A DNA stretch of 63,992 nt, filler included, from Neoconidiobolus thromboides FSU 785 (GCA_025603075.1; 5 parts of 5 records of this genome joined end to end with filler, not necessarily neighbours in it); one strand, 5' to 3'. Positions 39,529 through 53,748 are shown, numbered from the whole stretch's first letter. The notes: generated by a model from the sequence alone, not told the origin. Numbers and translations: made by a program.

Positions 39529-39928
39529 AATTAATTTAATTTTCTTTTTGAAACAAAATTGTATTGAAAATTTTTTAAATCAAAGAATATAAAGTTTTGT
39601 TTACAATCATCATTATTTATATTTTTTTAAAATTGCTGTAAGATTTATTTCAATAGTCACGATTAGTAATTAAGTCGAATTTGATTGGTCAATTGAATAG
39701 ATAATCAATAATAAATCAACTCTATTTAAGACTTTTAACAATTTTCTTGAAATAACTAGAAATTTCGATGACTTGGATTTTGACAGAGTATCATTAAATA
39801 TCTATACTTAGTATATTGTTGATTAGTAATATACATTATATTATAAACAAAGCCAACAAAAGATTTTATTCTATTGAAAAACTAATAATTTTAATTTAAA
39901 TTATTACTTTAGAATAATATAATAATGA

Positions 39929-40028
39929 ATGAGGATGTTTCTTTTGATTTCATCACTTTTTCTATTTTTAAGCGCTATTTGAATGGAAAGATTGTTAGTA
40001 AAATTCTTAAAAAAATACATCCCCATAT
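39929..40028 (-). mobile_element. MITE-like family A copy
   Basis: TTTAAGCGCTATTTGAATGGAAAGATTGTTAGTAAAATTCTTAAAAAAATACATCCCCATAT. Confidence 0.85.
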
Positions 40029-40133
40029 AGTTATTTATTTATTATTAATATAATCAACAAATAAAACTAAGATAATAAAGACACCTTTAATATAATATTA
40101 TTTTAAATTTTATTTCAACATTTGATAACATAA

Positions 40134-42094
40134 TTAATTGGTACATTTAGGTGCCTTTAAATCCTTATTAAACAAATTCAAAATTGAAAGTAAGACTCCA
40201 TTAGTCCAACCGAAGCCAGTTTGAACTTGATATTCACCACCACCACCAGATCTTCCAATTGAGGTTACATTAAATTTCTCAAACATATGACCTTCTTGAT
40301 CAGCTGGTGCATTTGGATCTTTCATTACTAAATCTTTCAAAGAACCCCCGGTTTGATACCATGCACAGAAAACGGTATTCACAAATTTATTAGATAGATC
40401 AACATTTAATCGTTGAAGTTTCTCTGATTTAATAAGAAGATGTTTATCATGAAGGAGTTTTATATGATTTTTAATACCAAATATAATCACATATTCTAAA
40501 GGTGGCCATGAATTAGGTAAATCCCATTGTAATTTGGAATTCACTAAAGTAGATGGGATACCGCCTAAAGATAAATTCAATTAATAACTATTATTATAAG
40601 ATATACATATTATATTCTAAATTTACCTGGATATTTTAAACTAATCTCTTCAATCTTATTAAATGCATTCAATAAATTAAAATCATTATTCAATATCTCA
40701 TCACTTAAAGCACCAGTCCAATAAGGCCAATAATTAGAAGCAGAAAATTTATTGATAGTTGACTTAGTGACAATATTATAATCATAAAACGTAAAATCTT
40801 TTTGATTCCAAAATATATTATACATCAATTGTTTTCTTAATTCACTTGCTTTGAGATACTTTTTTGATAACGTTAAATGTTGATTACATTTCTTTTGATT
40901 TGAATTACTATCTTTTTGATTAGTTAAATTAAACATCATTAAATGTAATTTAGATAATAATTTTTCATTTAAATACATAATTGAATTTAAATCAACTGGT
41001 ATTACTTCTCTAGTTTTTAAATGACTTAATATTTCTTCATTTGTTTGATTAAGATTAGGTTCAAAATCATTACTTAACCAACGAGTAGAATAATCCCAAC
41101 CTGATTCAGCACCAGTTGCAATATCTGCATATAAACTCTCTTTCTCTTTTAATGTAAAATTCTTATTTGATAATTCTACAGTAATATAATCTTCTCTATA
41201 AGATTCTGGCCTTGGTTTAGTATTGTTAACATAATATCGAGTTAAATAACAATTTTGAATATTTTGATCTTTTAATTTCCCACATTCTACTTCGACTGAA
41301 TGATATTTTAGCCAATAACTATATTCTTTATCTAAAGTATTAATAGCTCTTTTTAATAAGTCAAAATCCTTAGTTTTCTCAATATAATCATAAACCATAG
41401 GGATTAATAGTGGAGGTTGAGATCGATTCAAGAAATAAATTCTAGCACCATTAGGCATAAACCCATATTCATCTACAAATTCCAAAAAATTTAATATTAT
41501 ATTTTTACTTGTATCATATAATTCCCCTAATAATAAACCTTGTAAAGCAAAATAAGTATCCCAATAATAAAACTCTCGAAATCTTCCACCAGGTACTACA
41601 AAGGGATGAGATGTTTTTAAATAACTACTAACACATCCATCACAAAGTTTACTTAAATCAATTTTTCTTACTAATGTTGTCCAATAAGAATGTACCTTTT
41701 GTCCAAATGATTTTAAGATTGGGTCCTTAATATCGGTTAAAAACAAAGGCATCTCTTTATAATCCGTTAAACTAGATTGTACTAATTCATATCCAGCTTC
41801 ATGGAAGTTTTCATTTAAGAAGCCAAGTAGAGATTCTTTAGTTATATTAGTACCTAAAGATTTATAATTACTTAATACTTGTTGTAATGGTTTTTTGGTA
41901 GCCATATCAACGAATGTTTTTCCATCCGGATAAACTTGATGTAATTGAACTTGTTTTAATATCTCTCCATCACAATATAATTCCGAATCACAACCTTGGA
42001 CAATTTCTTTAGTAGTAGTAGGGAGGTCAATAGTTAAGGAAGTAATAGAAATTGCAAGATAATGAAGTAGGAAATTAATTGATATTAAATTCAT
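40134..42094 (-). CDS. Secreted GH37 alpha,alpha-trehalase (2 exons: 42094-40627, 40564-40134)
   Basis: Signal peptide; VVPGGRFREFYYWD, NRSQPP, PRPESYRED, AESGWDYSTRW, QWDLPNSWPPL, GGGGEY..QTGFGWTNG. Confidence 0.95.
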
Positions 42095-42103
42095 TTTATT
42101 TAT

Positions 42104-42203
42104 TGATTTATTGATTTATTGATTTATTGATTTATTGATTTATTATTACAAAAGTATAACAAAATAAAATAAAATAAAATAAAATAAAATAAAATAAAAT
42201 AAA
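42104..42203. repeat. Microsatellites (TTGATTTA)~5 and (AAAAT)~8 just upstream of the trehalase ATG
   Basis: Directly visible tandem units. Confidence 0.8.
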
Positions 42204-43338
42204 AATGATTAATCTTATTTTCTCACTTCCAAGTTATTTATATACTTTTTTTTCAATTTGTTGACATTATTATTATTATTATCAGCTGATCTTTCTTATA
42301 TATAAATAAAAATCTATTGATTTTAATGTTAAATTTACGGTTATTAACTATTTACATAACTCTTATTTAAACTTAAATTTAGAATATTTATTTTTAATTT
42401 TTTTAACTGGTAATTAAATCATTTAATAGAATATTCAGTCTTATTACTTGACTTTAGTTTATTGTAAATTCTATAAAAAGTAAATGATATTGTAATCTTC
42501 ATCATCAGCTGGATAGGTAAATGTCTTTTTATTCAAAAAATGAACTGGGGCTTAAAATTGAGTATTTTGTTCTTCAATTGAAGTTTGCATTTTGTCCTTT
42601 AACAAAGCCACTATTTTTTTAAGAGGTAACGTCTTTGACTAAAATTGTAAATCTAAATTTATGCAAGATTGAAAATATATATTTCATTTTATAAAAATAA
42701 TATAAAATAATACAGAATAATCAATTTTAATATAAAATTAATAAGCTTAATGATAATAAAATTCAATTTATGTCTTGAACTCCATTAATAATACAAAAAA
42801 TATTAATATTATTTTTAAATGCTTTAAGAAGATATGAAAAATAATATAGTTAATATTTAAACTATTTTAATAAAATTCGTTTTAAATAAATGAAATTAAA
42901 AGTTAAATTAAATTAACATTTAAATTTAAAACAAATTACACTAAATTAGTTTAAAAAATAAAATTCATTGTGAGAGCCTTCATTCTTATACTAATTCTTG
43001 AAATTTGTATAATAAAAGAATAAAGGATTTAATCCATTTAGAATAGTAAAATAGGATACTATGAAATAAAATATTTAAAAAGATCTCGACCTTTTAACAA
43101 GTTGAGTAATTAAAACATCAACTATTTTATTTGTTTATTTAAATTAAAATATATAGGATACTCGAATCTCTTTTATTCCCTTCTCATCAAATTCTCAAAA
43201 AAGTATGCTAAAAAATAATCAATTGATTTTTTTAAATATAACAATAATAATAAAATATTATATTTTAATTCCTTTTTTATTATTAATTTCAAATAAATAA
43301 TACTTTCTTTATTAAAACCCATTTCTTTTTTCTAATAT

Positions 43339-46300
43339 TTAAAATTGATAAATTTTTTTCATTAATTCCATCCCTTTTCTAAAAAATAAAACATTAAGTT
43401 TAATATTTGTACAATTAGAATAATTCAATTTACCCTTCCCCATCAATTTTATGTTTTCTAATCATAGCATGAATTTCATGAGATCGTTCAATAGATCTAA
43501 AATATAAATTATTATTATTATTGTTACTATTATTATATTTTTATCTCTATTATAAATGAATAATCAACTTACGGATGAAGTGCATTGTAATTATAATTTA
43601 ATGATCTACAAAGTATGGATCTATAAGCATTGATTGCTGTTGTACGTACTAAAGAAGCTAATATATTCTTAGGTATTACCATGCCAGTAATTAATGGACC
43701 AAAATGACCACACTAAAAAGAAGAGAATATTAGTTAAGTTCTTCTTTCTCTTTTGTTTGTTTATTTATTTATTATTATTTATAATAAACTTACTTGTCCA
43801 TCTTTATAGATTCTTATATCAAATAATTGATTTTTCATTGGATGAATGATAATTTGAGCATTACCAAAATCACCCCCAATAGTTAATGGAGAATAATCAC
43901 ATTGATTTTCATTCCAAACAATATGAACTGGATCATTACCAACATGTCGTTTCTTTTTGACTTGATAAATATCTTTAATATCATTGGGCATTCGTGTTAT
44001 ATCATGATACATTATTTCTAATGTTGGATTAGAATAATAGATAGATGTTTTTCCATTAACTCCATTTCTTTCTAATCCACCTAGATAGCCCCCATGTGTT
44101 TTTAATTCGACTTCCCAACCTAAATTTTTGGCAAATGATTCAAATTCTATAGAACTACTTTCATTTAGTAAAATACTATCTTCACTTGTTTGTCCATCTT
44201 TGACATAAATCAAAGCTATTTTTATTGTTTCTCTACTATGTTTGCGATCTAATGCTTTTAAATCTCTTATGAGTGAATCGCTATTTTTTAACATAACTAA
44301 TTTATTACAATTCATTTTTTCTGTGGATATAATTTGTAAATATGATAATAATGTCTGGTGTTCTCTTAATAAATTATTGAATTCATTGTTATCCTTATTC
44401 TCATTGTAAGGAACTTTATAATATTCTTTACTATTATAATTATTTTCTTCTGTTTGAATATGTTTAGATTGTATGACTTTACGATTGGGTATTGTTCTTA
44501 CCCAATGAGAATATCCATGATCTTCAAAACTTTGTTCAACAAAATCTAAGGCCGATTCTAACATATCAATTTTATTTAATAAAGGTTCTTCATAATCAAA
44601 CATTGGTGGTTCTTCAAATTCAATATAATTATCTATTAAACTGTCTTCATTATCTTCTTCGTTATTAGTTATTAAATGATTAGGTTTATCTTCAACAGGA
44701 TAATTCCAATTGAATTCAATTTCATTTTCTTGTTGTTGGTTATCATTATTGTTCCTATTAATAGTTGCTTCTATTATTGGTTTATTATCTTCCTCACTTA
44801 TTAATTTTTGATTATTATTATTATTATTATTATTAATATCCCAAGCAAATTTACCTAAAAAATTTCTAATTTTTAAACAATTTTTTTCTAATGAGTTAGG
44901 CGGATAAATAGCAAATATGACATTATCATTAAATGCAATAAACTCACATTTACTTAATATTTCTGTATCATATTCCATTTCAATTAAATCAGTTTCTAAA
45001 GAAAATTGATTTTGAATTCTAAAATCCATACCAAAATGATTAATTAATTGATATAATACTACATTAGCTGCATCTTTAACATCAGAACACATTAGATTTT
45101 TTGTTTGATTTTCAATAATTGCTCTTTCTAATATACCTAGTATTGCTTTTTCTAATTTTGATTCTAAAAATAAATTTTTTGGTGAAATCATTAACCATTC
45201 TAATAAACATGCAAATAATCGAGTTAATACATATCGATTTTGACTTGATGAATTATTATTTAATAAATTTAAATGAACTTTAATTGCTCCGATAATATCT
45301 TCCAATATTGATCTTAAATAACTTGAATCAATTAAAATTAGATCAGAAAATGTTAATGCAAAAGAAGATATACAATCAATAGCTGAATTAACTAATATAT
45401 AATGGCTTGAATATAGTTGATCTAATATTGCTGTTAAATTACTCTTAATTAATTGTTTATCTAAATTGTTAATGTTTCCTATTTCATGTGTAGTTTGTAC
45501 ACATAAAGCACATATAATCATTGAATAAGTAGTTGGATAAGTTTCTAATTGAGTAGACCATTCGTCTTCATCTAATAAATAATGTAATATACTTTTAATT
45601 TTTTGTCCGATTTCTTCAACTTTAATTGGTTTATTACTGCCTTTAATGGATGATTTTAATTGATCTAAATTAGGTAATTCCATACCTTTGAATTGATAAG
45701 GTAAATGTAAAAGAGAAGCTAACATTGTAATACATTTTTGTCTTAATTCTTCAGGTAGTCGAGTTCTACCTGCAATATTAGGTTTTGGTTCTTCTAGCAT
45801 AAATTTAATTGTATCTACTAGTGTTGGTGCTAATAAGTTAATCCCAGGTAACATTCTCGAAAAGGCAAAGGTTCCTTGTTCTAATATAATTTGAAATAAT
45901 TTGGGATTTTTACTTGTTAATGCTTTCAATAATTGCTGATAAAATGATAATGGATTTTCTAATAATAAAAATTTATCATGTGTTCTACGATGAGACATCA
46001 CTCGGCACATCCATTCAAAGGCTATTGATTTGCCATTTTCATAAATTGAGGGTAAATCCAAAGCTCCTATAATCCATATGGACATTTCTTTAATACATGG
46101 AATATTGATTTGATGTGGGGATCGAAATGATTTAATTGATTGTAAGGCATCATATACTTCAACGATACATTTTAAGGTGATTTCTTGATGTCGATTAGAT
46201 TTAATTTCATTAATATTACCCAAACATGATAATATGTTTTTCCATAAAAAAATTGCTTCAGATGAATTCCAATTCAATATTGAGTAATTAATTTCTGTTG

Positions 46301-46618
46301 ATATTATTTTATTAAATGTATGGTCAAATATACAATGTCCATATATATTGTTGTTGTTATTCTTTTCTAATTGTATATTATTATTATTATCATCATTTGT
46401 TTGTATTGGTGATAATGAATTTGTCATTTTTGGTGATAATGAATTTGGGGTTTGTTGAGAACCTTGAGAAGAAGAATGAGTATGAGAAGAATGAATAGAT
46501 GAAGTAGAAGATCTAGGTAAATTTGGATGAATAATTAATTTATAATAATTAGATAATAGATAAAATCCATATATATCTGATAAATTATTATTACTATTAT
46601 TATTACTCAATATGTTAC

Positions 46619-46667
<49 letters not shown>

Positions 46668-49223
46668 GATTGCTTCATCTAATGATAGCTTATTATTACT
46701 TATTTTTGTACTCCCTCGTCGACTAATTGATAGGTTTTTTTTAACTAAATTAATTTTGTTAGATGTTTGACTTGATGATCTTTTATATTCTTTGTTTTTT
46801 AGTTCTTTGTGTAAATTTTCTTTTAGTTTAACTAACTCTTTTTTAGATTGCATATTTTTAATACCTCCTTTATTTATTTTTTTAGTCCCATAGTTTAATA
46901 AATCTAATAAATCAACTCGATTGAAATCTAACTCTAAACCATATAATTTATTAATTAATATCCTTGTTATTCTTTTTAATGTAATACACCAGTGTTTAAT
47001 TGCTGTTGGTAAGATCGTTGAATTAATCAAAGATTGTTGGTAACTCAGCCATAAACTTTTATCATCTAAATTAGAACAAGACCAAGCATAAAATAAAGTT
47101 TCATGTAAACTATCTAATATAAAATTTAACCATTTGGATTTACATTCAAATTTACCTGTTGCATGAGATAATATTAATGTTGGTTCATTTTCTAATAAAT
47201 ATAAAAATTGTTCATTTAATTCTAATAATATCTCACAAACAAATCGTTTACATCTTAAATCAAAAGAATTGTTAGAATTGCTTATTATTGCTTTAAATAT
47301 TAAAAATATTTCTTCATAACATTTAGCTTGATATTCTGTCAATTCCATTATATGTGCTTTACCAATATTCTTTTGTTGATTTGTATCATAATCCGATATT
47401 GTTGTATTAAACATATCTTCTCTTGAATTTCTTTTTATTTTATCTAGTATTGAGTATTCAATATTGAAATTTATTGTATTTTGCAATAATCTTAAATAAT
47501 ATAACACATGTTCTTTATAATTATTATTAGTATTCATTTCATTATTATTATTATTATTATTATTTATTATTGGTCTTAAAAATACTGGTTTTTCATTATC
47601 ATCTGCTAAGAACCAAGTACCAATAATTAATATAGCTCCACGTACAGTTTCCATAGCTTGTTGATTAAAACCAAACCTAATCAGATTTAAAGACTGCCTT
47701 AATATATCATTAATAAAATCTCTAGAAACATTTGTACTAAATATTAGTTTCTTTAATATTGGACAAGCAGGAGAAGAACGAATTTCTGAATTATTATTAT
47801 ATTGACTATTATTGTTGTTTATATTAAATTGATTTAAACCTTTTAATTTAAAGCCATCATCCAAACAATTTTGCACTAAAAATAAAATAAAAATTCTCAA
47901 TAAAGAAGGTGGACAATTTTGTAAATTATTAAATTGAGATTGAGTTGCTGGAGAAAATAAATCTTGATTATTAATTGGAAATAATTTAGCTAAATAAAAA
48001 TTTTGAAATAACAAAAACATAAACTTCACTGAAGCATAGGCTGAATCCATTCCCATACCTTGATAATAATCTTCATTTGGAAATCCGTTTTCTTCTTTTT
48101 GTTTATCTGTTAAATCTAAGTTATTACTTAGTGTAAATCCTGAAGCTATATAACTTAGTTTAATTAAATTTTTCAATAGTATAATAAACAAATTATTAGA
48201 ATCGTGATAAGATTGTGGTGAGGGATTTAATACTAAAGGTGTTCGATCATCTACATGAATTAATTCTTGTCCCATTTTACTATATCCTACTCCAGTTACA
48301 TCATTTGTTATATTATTTAAACTATATTTATCAAATGCATATACATCTAAAGCTATACTATTTCTATATAACCATATCGGTCCTTCATTTGGTGTTTTTA
48401 ATATACTTATCCACAATAACAATAATTCAAATCCTTGTTCACGTAATTTAGGATGATTACCATAATGTAATAATTGTGTTAATAATAATACTAAATAAAT
48501 AGAAAAATAATTAAGTTTGATATAAAAATTATTAACATAAATATAAATTACATAATGTTTCTTCTTGCCAACCTTGTTTTACTTTTTCTCTAAGGTGTAA
48601 AAAGATCATTTTTAATATTGGAAATGTCTTATATAAAGACAATATCTCTTTTGAATTTATACTGGAATTGCCTTTTTCTAATACAAGTTAATTATTTAAT
48701 TATTTATACAATAAATTTACTTACGCTTAATTTTAGTAACCAGTTTCAAAAACATAGAGCCAGTAGTATCAAAAATTGCTTCTGCATGCTCAATAAAAAA
48801 ATTGGGTTTTTCATAATCTGGTAAGTCATCTATATAAAAGATAAAAATCAATTATTGAAAAACAAAAATTAAATTATAATATCAAAACCTACTCAATATC
48901 TCCAATAAGGTGTTAAATCGAATTTTAATCTTCTCTTTTCCATCTTTTAATATTTTAATCTTTTTGTTCATTGATTTTTCCGTTTGGCTACGGCTCATTT
49001 TCTTTTGTATTATTTTCACTGAACTAGGTAAACTATCAATATAGCTTTGAGTTAACTTTACTTTTTCCTTTAATGTTAAAGGCTCGTGGTTGGTTTCAGC
49101 GATGATTTCTCTTTGTTGAGGAAAAGTGGATGAGGTTATAGTTCCAATTTCACTTAAATGTTGATTTTGATCAATGGAGGCTTTACGTAATTTGGGTAAG
49201 ATATTGGATATCCGTTTATCCAT
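43339..49223 (-). CDS. RALGAPA: Ral GTPase-activating protein alpha-like (C-terminal Rap/Ran-GAP domain), multi-exon
   Basis: RETIKIALIYV..GQ, LGWEVELKTHGGYLGGL, KKRHVGNDPVHIVWNE, FGPL..GMVIPKNILASLVRTTAINA; 4.6-kb central exon. Last exons are approximate. Confidence 0.85.
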
Positions 49224-49906
49224 TGAATTATTAAAGCTTGAAATTGTTTTTTTGCTAATTTATATCCAAGATTAATATTTATTAAAATAGATGCTAAGTT
49301 GAAAATGGACTGTTAAATTATTTTTTATTTAAATATTTGAATATTTTGTTGGTTTTTGTTGCGTAATTTGGACTTTTTTTAACGGATTAGAGTTAAATTA
49401 TCATGTTCATTTTAATGGAATTCTATTAATTTAAAACTAGTGTAAGGTTCTGATTTAGATTAGATAATCCCAATGGTACGCTTTGATCTTTCCACTCCAT
49501 TTTATCCATAAAAGACTTAAAGATAAAATAATGTTGCACTTGAATATGAATATAAATTATAAATGTAAGACATGTCCAAGATAAAGCAAAGCTATTTAAT
49601 AACCTTCCATCGTATTTATATTAGTTAGATTGCTTATAATAATAATAGCTATTATATTCTTATAGTAAAAAGAATAATAAATAATTGATAGACTAAAAAT
49701 GTTTATAATAATAACCCTTATTATTATAACAAAGTGTAAAAACGCATATATAGCAAAATATTAGTTTAGAAGTAATAGTGTAATAATTCAGAAACTGTAA
49801 TCCATGTTTTTACAAGATTTAATAAACAATTATAAAGAAACACATTAATACAACATCATTTCAACCAATTTTTATTTCCTCTATGATTTTGTCAATCAAT
49901 TTTCCC

Positions 49907-52191
49907 TTAATAATAACTCTTAGAGACATACATCTTACAACAATCCTTTGGATCTGGGGTTTGCATATTTTTATATAATGATTTAACTTGATACATACAT
50001 TTTAAATTTAAATGTTTTAAACTTTTGGCAATCCCATCTTCATAAAAATAACCTCCAGCTTCCTTTTCTTTACTAGCTTTCTTTTTATCTTTACGTTTTT
50101 CTTTATCTGCTGCTTTCTTGGCTGCTTTCTTGGATCCAGCTGCTTCCTTATTATCGGTTTTAATTGGTTCTTTATCCGCTTTAGATGCCATACTCTTGGC
50201 TTTACCATCTGGGATATAAATCAAGTTAAGATGGGGTTCACTATCGGTATATTCCTTATCAACGATATAATAACCTTTACGTTCAAATTGAATAATATCG
50301 CCTTTTTTAAGAGATTCTACATTAGGATCAGCAAAAGTATTAGTTTTAAATTCACTAATTGGAGTCACAAAATTAGCAACTTCATCGTTTTCTTCTAATT
50401 TTTTCTTTGTGATTAGATAATCATAATCTAATAAAGTACAGTTGACTAATTTTTCAACATTGGCTAACCAAGTTAATTTCTTTTTAGTTTTTTTAAAATC
50501 ACCTTCAAGATGTAATTTAAGAGTAGCAGAAGTTACAATTCCACTCTCATTTTTAACCACTTCTTCTACAATGGCATTACCCCAATCCATAAGTGTAATC
50601 TAATTAATAATAAATATATGGTTAATAAATACTTAAATAACTAATTTACTTCTTCGCCATTAACTAAATCTTTAACATCTTCTTGTTCAAGGTAAATGTT
50701 AGAAGAATAATAAGTAGTCTTATTCCCTAAATCTAAATTTTTTTTATGTAAAGGAATCTCTTTAGAATCTGGACCTTCGTGACCAGTGATCTTAACTTGA
50801 CAACTAAAACTTATTAATAGCTTTCAATCGTTTATAAAACAAAAACTTACATATTTTCTTTAGTTAAAGCTACATGTCTTGGAGCAACTGGATCAATAGT
50901 TTTTTTATTTAGTGCCCAAAGTTTATCCCATTCTAACATAAGAGTTGATTGTGATGCACCTTGCATTAAAATATATTGTTTTAAAGCATCAATAGTCATA
51001 CCGCGACGGCGAATACCACGGACAGTTGGAAATCTTGGATCATCCCATCCAGTTACTAAATTTTGATCAACAAACCATTGTAATTTACGTTTGGAAAGTA
51101 AAGTATAAACAAAGTTGATACGGCTAAATAAGAGTCAGCTATAAAGTTTGTGGCTATGGAATATATAAAGTTACCTAAAATCCCAAATATGGACCTTTCT
51201 TAATTCTAGTTTTTCTAAGAACCATTCATATTGTGGATTACGATCACGATATTCATTAGTTCTTAAAGCATGAGTTACACCTTCAATACTATCTACAGCC
51301 GGGCAAGCAAAATCATAAGTTGGATAAACTTTATATTTGGAACTAAAAAAATAAAAATTAATTATCAACTTTCATGTCTAAAATAGTTGATAATTTACCC
51401 AGTTCTATGATGCGGAGTTAAATTACAACGATAAATAACAGGATCTCTCATAGCCTTATTTTTGTTATCAACACTCATTTTAGCTCTTAAACAAGCTGTT
51501 AAACCCTATGAACTTAATTAACATTTTGGAATAGTAAACTAAAAATGAAATTTTACAAACTCAGTTCCTTCAGTCATTTCTTGAAAACGTTTAAGATTTT
51601 CTTCAATTGATAAATCACGGTTTTTAGATGCAATTCCTTTCATACGTTCATCTCTCATCTATTTTAAATTGTTATTTAAGTTACTTATATTTAAATTAAA
51701 GTATACCGTATTTTGATCAGTGTCGTCTACATAGGCTAATCCCTTTTTAATGGTATCAATAGCAAGTTGATATAATTTATCAAAATGATCAGAAGTATGA
51801 GTAATAACATCTCCTTTAATTCCTAACAATAAAAGATCCTCTTTAATACTCTCTTCAAACTCACTCTAGTAAAATTAATATCAGTCTCTTTCTTTTGAAT
51901 AAAAGAATTCAAAAACTTACCTTTTCCTTTGAAGGATTTGTATCATCAAAACGGATAATTAGCTTTCCTTTATAAGCTTTAGAAAAATAATCGTTTAATA
52001 AAGCAGCCTTAGCATGACCAATATGTAAATAACCACTGGGTTCTGGGGGGAAACGGGTTACTACATTTCCTTCAGTAGCATCTTTTAAATCGATTTCAAA
52101 GCTTCCTTGGTCTTTCTATTTGGGGGGCAAAAGTTAGTCTTTTCGGGGCTTAACAAAAATGCTAACTTACTGGTTTATCTACAGCCGCCAT
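49907..52191 (-). CDS. GUS1: Cytosolic glutamyl-tRNA synthetase, multi-exon; intact frame traced from an ATG at 52191
   Basis: [18 protein letters not shown] (HIGH), [55 protein letters not shown]. Confidence 0.93.
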
Positions 52192-52790
52192 ATTCTTGGT
52201 TTTTGTTAAAAGTAAACTTAGAATGTGTGTAGGTTTTTCTTATGAGTCATTTTTAAAATGGAATTGATTGGCTGGAGTCAAATTTAACATTTTAAAGAAA
52301 ATCAATTCCAATGTTGACAAATAGGTGGGATTTTTCATTTAGTCAACCCTTTCAACCCCATAGGTATGATTTTGAGCTTAATTTTTGAATTTAAATCCAA
52401 CTGGGTTTAAATTTTGTTTGGTACCAAAAGGGTTAATAAAAACTGATGTCTTACAAAAGTATATGGTCATATATGATATATACTTAGATGCGTCTAAGGG
52501 TTGGTTTCTTAGGCCTTTTGTAAATCACCCTTTATATTTGTATCATTTTATATTATATTTGAGGTAGATTTGTGACAAATAATAAAGGCTATAATGTTTT
52601 CATTGAAATACTAGAATTTTAAATGCTGATTGATTTATTAAGTAAAATTATAATTTAATAATTGTTGATGCACATCACTTTAGTAATTTTTTACCTATTG
52701 TAAAATAACTAAAAGCAATTTAATTCAATTGCTTTAAATATTTTTTTAAAAGATGACTTAATTGTAACGAATATTTTTATTTAGAGACAT
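52192..52790 (-). pseudogene. Apparently decayed (or mis-sequenced) 5' exons of GluRS, expected N-terminal GST-like domain
   Basis: Candidate ATG at 52790 and a canonical intron at about 52695-52611, but stops in all frames and only patchy similarity. Confidence 0.4.
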
Positions 52791-52875
52791 TTTTGATTTT
52801 GATTTTGATTTTGGTTTTAATTTTTAATTTTTTTTGATTACATAAGAAATAAACAAAACGCTATAGAAAGCTTTT

Positions 52876-53113
52876 GAATACATTATTTTCATTTATCATT
52901 CACGTAGTTCCACAAAAAAGAGCTTTATCAAATTAGTACTTCGCCATTTGCTCAGAACTTTGCGCGGTTTCTATGCGTAAATGCGAAAAATTTAAAGCTA
53001 ATTTACGTGAAAATACGCAATGTATTTTCCAAGCAAACGGTATAATATTATTAATTTCAAAGTGTTCACTTTTCTGTGGAACTACGTAAATGATAAATGA
53101 AAATAGTGAATCC
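52876..53113. mobile_element. 238-bp element with 45-bp terminal inverted repeats (MITE-like family D)
   Basis: GAATACATTATTTTCATTTATCATTCACGTAGTTCCACAAAAAAG at 52876-52920 vs its near-perfect inverse CTTTTCTGTGGAACTACGTAAATGATAAATGAAAATAGTGAATCC at 53069-53113. Confidence 0.7.
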
Positions 53114-53748
53114 TCAATGTTTAATTTTTCTTGAATGTATCTTATTAAATAATTATAGCGAAATCCATTGATCAGTAAGCTAGGGCTTGGCTAGCTAGTA
53201 ATCTGGCTATAGGGTAGTCAAATCTATACCATGATATTTATAATAGTCCAATTATCTGGATTATTTGGGACTTTGGGGAATCAATATAAAAATTGTTCTA
53301 TATTCAATTTGGTATTTGTTTAAATACTCTTCTTTAAGTAACTTTAATATTGTTCATATTTATGGATTGATGATATCAGAATATTTATTATTTATACACA
53401 TTTGTCCTTTTAGAATTACTTTACTACTGTTTACAGTTTGGTCATATAAATTTGTATCCAAGCTCTTATTTTAACCATATTGTTAAATAGAAAATAAGTT
53501 CAGAAACTTTTGGCTGTATGAAATAATAGAACCTTATCCATTAACAAGCAGTGATATTAAAAAATTACAACCTTGCTTAATAATATTTTTAGTACAATTT
53601 TCATGCTTTTCAAAGTTCTAATTTATTCTCCAAATTTAATTTCGATTAGAAACAATAAAGTAACAAAAGACAAATATAGACCATCCCTTATTTCAGGATT
53701 GGGTTCTAACAAAATTAATCAACATTGGACAACTATTAAAAGAACGAC

